Of a stretch of DNA of 64,000 nt, positions 58,720 through 64,000 are shown piece by piece (the stretch's first letter is position 1; each line of letters starts with the position of its first letter). Position numbers and translations under genes: made by a program. The notes beneath the pieces were generated by a model. It had not been told where the DNA came from and did not search any database. It was given only the letters and a program-made list of their open reading frames with translations. Source of the stretch: an uncultured delta proteobacterium (GTDB lineage: Bacteria > Myxococcota_A > Polyangia > Polyangiales > Polyangiaceae); assembly GCA_963696385.1 (NCBI GenBank), contig CAVOKF010000003.1, positions 704,001-768,000 on the forward strand, in the 5' to 3' direction.

Positions 58720-59868
58720 ATGACCGCCGAACCGCCGCACACGGCGCCCACCGTTGGCGCAAACCCGACCGAGGCCAGGCCCACGGTAAGCGTGGTTCTC
58801 GCGACCTACAATCGTCTCGACTCCCTTCTCCGGCTGCTGTCGTGTCTGACCGGTCAGACGCTGTCGCCCAGCCGGTTCGAGGTCGTCGTCGTGGACGACG
58901 GATCGACGATCCCGGTACGCGAGCACGTGACAGCGCGACGGTATCCGTTCCCGGTGTCGGTTCTCGAGCAGATCAACGCTGGGCCATCGGCGGCACGCCA
59001 CCGCGGCGTCCTCCAGGCGCGCGGCGACGTTTTGGTGCTCGTCGACGACGACATGGATCTGCCCTCGCACTTTCTGGAGACTCACCTCCGGTATCACACG
59101 AGCGGCCGCCCTACGGCGGTCTTCGGCCGCTACGTCTCGGATCCAAACATCGGTGCCAAGGCCCTCTTCGAGCGCTATCACGGCTTGAAGTGGGACGAGC
59201 TCTCGCGCGCCGTGGCGAGCGGACGGGTCAAAGTGGATGGGACCCTTCTGGCAACTGGCAACGCATCGATGCGTCGGCAAGACTACCTCCGAGTGGGAGG
59301 GCTCGATCTGTCCTTGCCGCGCGCAGAGGACGTGGCCCTTGGGCTGGATCTCGAGGAGCTCGGCGTCGATCTCGTCTTCTCGGACGCCGCCTACTCCGTG
59401 CATTTGTCGGACCATTCTCAGCCTGAAAAATGGCGGGCGCGGGCGCTCCTGCACGGGAGGCTCGAACCACGAATCGCACGCAAGCATCCAGCGATGGCGC
59501 ACGCCGACCCATGGAGGTTTGCCTTCTCGCTTCCTTTGGCCGGTCGCGTCCTTTGCCTGCCTGCCTTACTCGCTCCGTCGCTCGGCGAGAAGGTCGCGAC
59601 CCTCACCTACGAGGCCGCCGAACGCGCCGATGAGCTCGGCTTCGAGCGCCTCGCCATGCGCGCAACCGGACTCGTATTCGGGATGGAATATTTCCGCGGG
59701 TTGCGGCAAGAAGCCGGGTCGATCCGCGGGGTCGCCACGGGTTGTCTCAACTTCCTAAGAAAGGCCGCCGCCTCCGATCGACCCGTCGCGGGAGTGCCGC
59801 CCTGGCTGGCACGCGGCGTCCGCGCCCTTACCGACGGCTGGGATCGGCCGACGGACTCTGCCGATTAG
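58720..59868 (+). CDS. GT2 glycosyltransferase
   Basis: RBS AAGGAG; SVVLATYNR, VVVDDGS, LVDDD, TGNAS, AEDVALG. Confidence 0.9.
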   Translation: MTAEPPHTAPTVGANPTEARPTVSVVLATYNRLDSLLRLLSCLTGQTLSPSRFEVVVVDDGSTIPVREHVTARRYPFPVSVLEQINAGPSAARHRGVLQARGDVLVLVDDDMDLPSHFLETHLRYHTSGRPTAVFGRYVSDPNIGAKALFERYHGLKWDELSRAVASGRVKVDGTLLATGNASMRRQDYLRVGGLDLSLPRAEDVALGLDLEELGVDLVFSDAAYSVHLSDHSQPEKWRARALLHGRLEPRIARKHPAMAHADPWRFAFSLPLAGRVLCLPALLAPSLGEKVATLTYEAAERADELGFERLAMRATGLVFGMEYFRGLRQEAGSIRGVATGCLNFLRKAAASDRPVAGVPPWLARGVRALTDGWDRPTDSAD

Positions 59869-61346
59869 GGCGACTGCAGGTAGCTTGGGTCCGCCCCGGG
59901 CCCCTCGAGAGCCTGCATGAACGCCACCAGATCACGCTGATCGAGGTCGGTCAAGCCGATCGGGTGGATCTCGGACGTGCCCGGATACCCACTGATGTTG
60001 CCCCCCATGTTGAAGAACGCGACGACTGCCGCGAGCGAGCCCATTTGGCCCGTATGCATCCATGTCGGCCTCATGCTCACGCACCGCAGCGTCGGCGTCC
60101 GAAAGGCGCCTAGCCTCTGCGGCGAGACCGTCGCCGGCAAGCGTCCGTCGCTCCCGTCACTGAAGATACCCAACGAATTGAGCGGGTCAGCGATGGCCTC
60201 AGCGATCCCTGTGGCGGCCCCCTGATCGTTCGCGTCGATGAATGCTTGCTGCACAATCTGCGGCTCTAGCCCGACGTTGTGAAACTGTTGGTCGGACATG
60301 AAAGGGCCAGCATGACACTGGACGCAACCACCTTTCCCGACAAACACGGCGGCCCCTCGCTGGGCAGAGCGGGACACGGCCGTCGTACTTCCGTGCATCC
60401 ACGCATCGAAGGGGGACGGGCCACACGTCAGAAGGCGCTCGAAAGCGCCGATCGCCTTTCCGGCATTGACCACCACGGTGGTGACGGCCAATTGGTTGCT
60501 CGCCGTCATGCCATCGAATTCGGCGTGGTCTCCCGGCATGCCATGGTACGTCCCGTCGCATACCGGCTGCGGTGCAGCAGGATTCTGCGGCTGGCACCCA
60601 GTCAACTGGGCGCTGAGCACCGGGAACTGGCTCGCGTCGTCCAACGGCGGCATCGGACCGAAGAGCGCCTCGTAGTCGGCCTGATAGCGCGCGAAAATTT
60701 GCTCCGCCGCATAGAGGCGCGAACTGTTCATCTCCACGACGGTCTCCAGCGGGCCGAAGATCTGGTTGTAGAGCGCATCCCGCCGGCCGTCCCACATAAG
60801 AAGCGTCGCCTGGCCTACGTCGAGCAGCGGCAAGGCGCGCCGCCGACCCCAACCGGCTCCAAGAGAAATCTGGCGCTGAAACGACCTCGTATCCGAGAAA
60901 CCGCTGGTGGGAATGTGACACCCGGCGCAGGCCACACGGCCGGTCTGACCGACCGTTCCCAGAGTGTCCGGACTGCCATCGTTGTCGGTATCCAGGAGAG
61001 GCCCTGAGAACGACGGATCGTAGAATAACCTTTGACCCAGAGCTGCCGCCGCTGGACTGTCCGCAAAGCGATTGGTCGCATCCGGCGGAGACGGGGGCAA
61101 CGGGTCCGGGGAGAGAGCTTGCAGCGCGGACCACTGATCCGCGCTAATCACGGCATCCGGGTCGTCCGCGTCCGAGGCCGCTTCCTCGAGATCCCCGTCG
61201 ACGGCCGCTGCGTCACTCGTTGCCGCGTCCTCCGCCACGTCATCGCGCGGTCCGTCGGCGCCTTCAGCCACGGCGGCGGCCCGATTCGTCCCCGACGAGC
61301 CGCATCCGATCGCGCCGCACGCGAGCGTCATCAGTGTCGCGTTCAA
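59865..61346 (-). CDS. di-heme cytochrome c peroxidase / MauG-family lipoprotein
   Basis: Lipobox GAIGC; LGQRLFYD, CAGCH, WDGR, CVQCH, FHNVG, FRTPTLR, MHTG. Confidence 0.92.
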   Translation of the reverse strand: MNATLMTLACGAIGCGSSGTNRAAAVAEGADGPRDDVAEDAATSDAAAVDGDLEEAASDADDPDAVISADQWSALQALSPDPLPPSPPDATNRFADSPAAAALGQRLFYDPSFSGPLLDTDNDGSPDTLGTVGQTGRVACAGCHIPTSGFSDTRSFQRQISLGAGWGRRRALPLLDVGQATLLMWDGRRDALYNQIFGPLETVVEMNSSRLYAAEQIFARYQADYEALFGPMPPLDDASQFPVLSAQLTGCQPQNPAAPQPVCDGTYHGMPGDHAEFDGMTASNQLAVTTVVVNAGKAIGAFERLLTCGPSPFDAWMHGSTTAVSRSAQRGAAVFVGKGGCVQCHAGPFMSDQQFHNVGLEPQIVQQAFIDANDQGAATGIAEAIADPLNSLGIFSDGSDGRLPATVSPQRLGAFRTPTLRCVSMRPTWMHTGQMGSLAAVVAFFNMGGNISGYPGTSEIHPIGLTDLDQRDLVAFMQALEGPGADPSYLQSP

Positions 61347-63523
61347 TAGGCGCCGCACGGCAACTGAGTCTCGTCCCAGGTTGGAGCCGCCGCACCACTC
61401 TTGAACGCGAGGTCATCAAAATGACGCTTGGTCTCCTCGCATTGATGCGCGTAGAGGAAAGAGTATGGCCGCGCCTGATAGCAGATGAGCTCGTCCGGAG
61501 CCCCTTCGTGATACAGCACGTCGCCGAAGGTCACGGTCACCGCCCCCTGCAGCGTGAAGCCACTGGGAAACAGCGAGCAACCAGCAGGCGTTCCGTCGAG
61601 GAAAACGTACATCCGTTGCGAGGACACGTAGAGGTCGAAGCGCGTCATCCGGTCGACCCCCGCATGCTCGAACGGCGGCTCGGTGGGTATCGTGACGCTT
61701 CCCGGCTGAGCCATGTCGTAATCGATGAAGCGATGCTCAGAGGCCTGGTTGTTCACGTCCCAGGGACTGCCGTTGACCAATCCATGAATCGCTTCGGCTT
61801 CAATGCGCATCGACGGCCCAAGAATCGGTTGAATCAGAAGCGTGTTGTTGTTCGGGAGCGACAGTGCTTCTTGAACGGGAGCGTCCTGATCGGAGATGAT
61901 GAGCTGGGGGTAACGTCGGTCCGTACTGACGATGTCCACGGACATCGTGGCATGCAGGAACGTGGTGGGGTCCGCATCGATGTTCGCCTTTTGAAGAGCG
62001 GTAAAGCGCACTTTGCCCGTCGTGTCCTGGGCGTAGTCATCGTAGGCTACCCAGAGCTGTCCCAGCACCTGCCCATAGGTGAAGACCATGACGCCGCCCG
62101 GCTCATCGAGCCGATATGCGCTGAAGTCAAAAGCGGAGGACTGCCAGCGCCCACAGTTGAAGTCCGTGCAGCCTGGAACGGCGGTGACTGTGCCGAAGTC
62201 GCTGCCGACCGTGAAGCCCTGATACCAGTCCCAATCGGCAGGATCGTGCGGCGCTGGGGCGACCTGAATGAACGAACGTGCCACGGGAATCGGGGAAGCG
62301 GTCGGGGTCCGCAACGCCGAAGCACCGCCGTCGACGAAGAAGGTCTCGATCGGAATGCCGGGCCGGTCGTACTGGCCGTTGACAAAGACTTCGCCCGCAG
62401 GCGTTGCCTCCGTCAAGTCGGCAAGGGTCAAGAACGTCTGGTGCGGCGGGGCGTCGAGATGCTGAGGCGAAAGGAAGCCCTGAAACGGACACCCCGAGGC
62501 AAGAGCTTCCACGACGAGCGTGGTCGGCTGCGTGATCCCCGACCACTCAAGGTGCCAGAGCGGACCGGTTGCGCCTTGCGTGGTCGCACGGTTGTAGCGC
62601 TCTTGCCCCACCGCAAGTTCGACGTGTGAGTCGGGCGGCTGGTACGTCACCGCCATCAGAGGCTTCGTTTCGGCCGCCTGGGCCGTGAGCACCTGAAAGG
62701 CCGCCGCGGGCGCGGTCGTGTCCCCGGAGTGCGAGGCGAGATCGGCGCTGGCGAAATAGTACCTTGCGTATTGAGTCCAATCCTGCCCCGGTTGGACCGC
62801 GGCCGTCTGGGACGAGTATACCGTGCTCGTCGCGGCGCTCGCCGCGGCCGGCGCGTAGAATACGATACCGTCGTCGCGCCAGCCCTGGCTCAGAAACGCT
62901 TGCCGCTCGCTCGCGTCGGTCGTGTACACTTTGAGGCGACTCTCCCTCCAGCCGACCTCACCGCCGGTCGTGTACCCAGCAACCGCGTAGACGGGCACGC
63001 GATCCGCGCCCGGCGAAACGTACACGTAGCCGAGAGTCGGGTCTGTGCTGACTTCGCCCGTCCACGAATACTGCCCAGACGCGGTGACGAGACCCGAGTT
63101 GTTGGAGGTGAGATTCGTCGGCAAGTCGTAGGTCTGACGCACGCCTGCGCAGCGGTAGATGGCATTCTGTATGGACACCGATCCGTCGGGATTGACTGTG
63201 ATGTCTTGATCGTTGGGTAAGGGGTAGACCCGGTAATCGATGGCTCCGTCGAACGGATCGAAGTCGATCCCTACGGAGTCTTCCCTCTGCGTCGCCGTCA
63301 CATTCGTCAGCGGCGCCAGCGAGGGCAGCTTCGTCGCAACGCCCCCTTCGATTTGCGCGATGATGGTGCCAAAGCTCGTCGCCCCCGAGTCGACCTGAGG
63401 CTGCGTCACCGTGGTGCTCGCGACCACATCCGGGACCGCACCGCCGTCGCGTGGCGCCGAACCCTCCGACGACGAGCAACCGAAAATGCTCAGACCGATC
63501 AGCCAGTGCCAGTTCTCTCTCAT
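61343..63523 (-). CDS. large hypothetical lipoprotein with DUF5648-like repeat
   Basis: Lipobox IFGC; VPVY...YTTDASER...GWRDDGIVFY repeat-like motif; stop overlaps the peroxidase start. Confidence 0.8.
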   Translation of the reverse strand: MRENWHWLIGLSIFGCSSSEGSAPRDGGAVPDVVASTTVTQPQVDSGATSFGTIIAQIEGGVATKLPSLAPLTNVTATQREDSVGIDFDPFDGAIDYRVYPLPNDQDITVNPDGSVSIQNAIYRCAGVRQTYDLPTNLTSNNSGLVTASGQYSWTGEVSTDPTLGYVYVSPGADRVPVYAVAGYTTGGEVGWRESRLKVYTTDASERQAFLSQGWRDDGIVFYAPAAASAATSTVYSSQTAAVQPGQDWTQYARYYFASADLASHSGDTTAPAAAFQVLTAQAAETKPLMAVTYQPPDSHVELAVGQERYNRATTQGATGPLWHLEWSGITQPTTLVVEALASGCPFQGFLSPQHLDAPPHQTFLTLADLTEATPAGEVFVNGQYDRPGIPIETFFVDGGASALRTPTASPIPVARSFIQVAPAPHDPADWDWYQGFTVGSDFGTVTAVPGCTDFNCGRWQSSAFDFSAYRLDEPGGVMVFTYGQVLGQLWVAYDDYAQDTTGKVRFTALQKANIDADPTTFLHATMSVDIVSTDRRYPQLIISDQDAPVQEALSLPNNNTLLIQPILGPSMRIEAEAIHGLVNGSPWDVNNQASEHRFIDYDMAQPGSVTIPTEPPFEHAGVDRMTRFDLYVSSQRMYVFLDGTPAGCSLFPSGFTLQGAVTVTFGDVLYHEGAPDELICYQARPYSFLYAHQCEETKRHFDDLAFKSGAAAPTWDETQLPCGAY

Positions 63524-63743
63524 CGATCGAGATCTTCCCCCGTGCTCGGCTAGCCTGCCTCATACCGGCCCCGAATCCAAGTCCTGTCAACCGCGTGCCT
63601 CGACCGCCGTTCGCGGTTGATGTGTTACTCCAGACTCCAAGACCGGCGGCGACGACTCTAGGGCCGTGTCCCCCCCACAGGACGCGACGCCATCGTACCG
63701 CTCGGGCCCTTGCACACCGCAGAATCGTAACCCCGACGGCCTC

Positions 63744-63923
63744 TCACTCGATCGAAACCAACTGGGGGTACCAGCGTAGGCACATAACCGCCCACACGAC
63801 GATGAACGCGAGGACGATTCCCTGCGCGCGGCGCAGGGCACTCCGTGGCCTCCGCGCCCTCGCCAAGCGCATGGGAACGGCGAAACTGACCAGCACGATC
63901 GATAAAATGATGAGCTTTGCCAC
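63744..63923 (-). CDS. small two-TM membrane protein (59 aa), absent from the ORF track
   Basis: GTG start after GGGGGAG RBS; MAKLIILSIVLVSFAVPMRLARARRPRSALRRAQGIVLAFIVVWAVMCLRWYPQLVSIE; two hydrophobic helices around an Arg-rich loop. Confidence 0.8.
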   Translation of the reverse strand: MAKLIILSIVLVSFAVPMRLARARRPRSALRRAQGIVLAFIVVWAVMCLRWYPQLVSIE

Positions 63924-63938
63924 CGACTCCCCCCACTC

Positions 63939-64000
63939 CTACCGAACTCCGGCCGGCGGTGTCGGATTAGGTGCGTTCCATACGCCTGCGATTTGTGGCA
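63939..64000 (-). CDS. probable 3' end of an upstream gene running off the window
   Basis: Open frame PQIAGVWNAPNPTPPAGVR ending in TAG 15 nt before the small gene; product not identifiable. Confidence 0.4.
   Translation of the reverse strand, partial: PQIAGVWNAPNPTPPAGVR

Noticed and set aside
61220..62629. 469-aa plus-strand ORF
   Set aside because: Antisense shadow of the large lipoprotein.
63658..63936. 92-aa and 84-aa ORF-track calls at the right edge
   Set aside because: Off-frame to the better supported 59-aa membrane protein at 63744-63923.

Overview
High-GC bacterial DNA whose gene content (eukaryotic-type Ser/Thr kinases, FHA domain, Cys-rich lipoproteins, short OPX plus beta-barrel export pair) points to a myxobacterium, probably Polyangiales. 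This taxonomy is an inference. The left part (1-38 kb) holds housekeeping and signalling genes: HMG-CoA lyase, purF, two Ser/Thr kinases, alaS, a TlpA redoxin, an orphan Mod-like DNA methyltransferase, an aminotransferase, an RpoD-like sigma factor, an APC permease, an ElyC/DUF218 gene, a LytS/LytTR pair, tolC-mdtABC-like efflux, a CDP-alcohol phosphatidyltransferase and PPK2. From about 38 kb to the right edge lies a Wzx/Wzy-type exopolysaccharide locus: short Wza/OPX, OM beta-barrel, co-polymerase, stand-alone BY pseudokinase, GH44, GH16, seven glycosyltransferases, a deacetylase and a flippase. The best candidate for a novel system is a translationally coupled operon inside it, encoding [hexapeptide acyltransferase]-FkbH, [hexapeptide acyltransferase]-ACP, a CysE-like acyltransferase and a WecG/TagA GT, which suggests carrier-protein-dependent glyceryl-type decoration of the polysaccharide. 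Also notable are a MauG/CcP-family di-heme lipoprotein with Phe at the usual distal-ligand position and a coupled large partner, an unannotated 59-aa membrane protein, and six +1 frameshifts, five at or beside GATC, that are probably sequencing artefacts. No rRNA, tRNA, CRISPR or mobile element was seen. All family calls come from motif recognition by eye; no searches were run.
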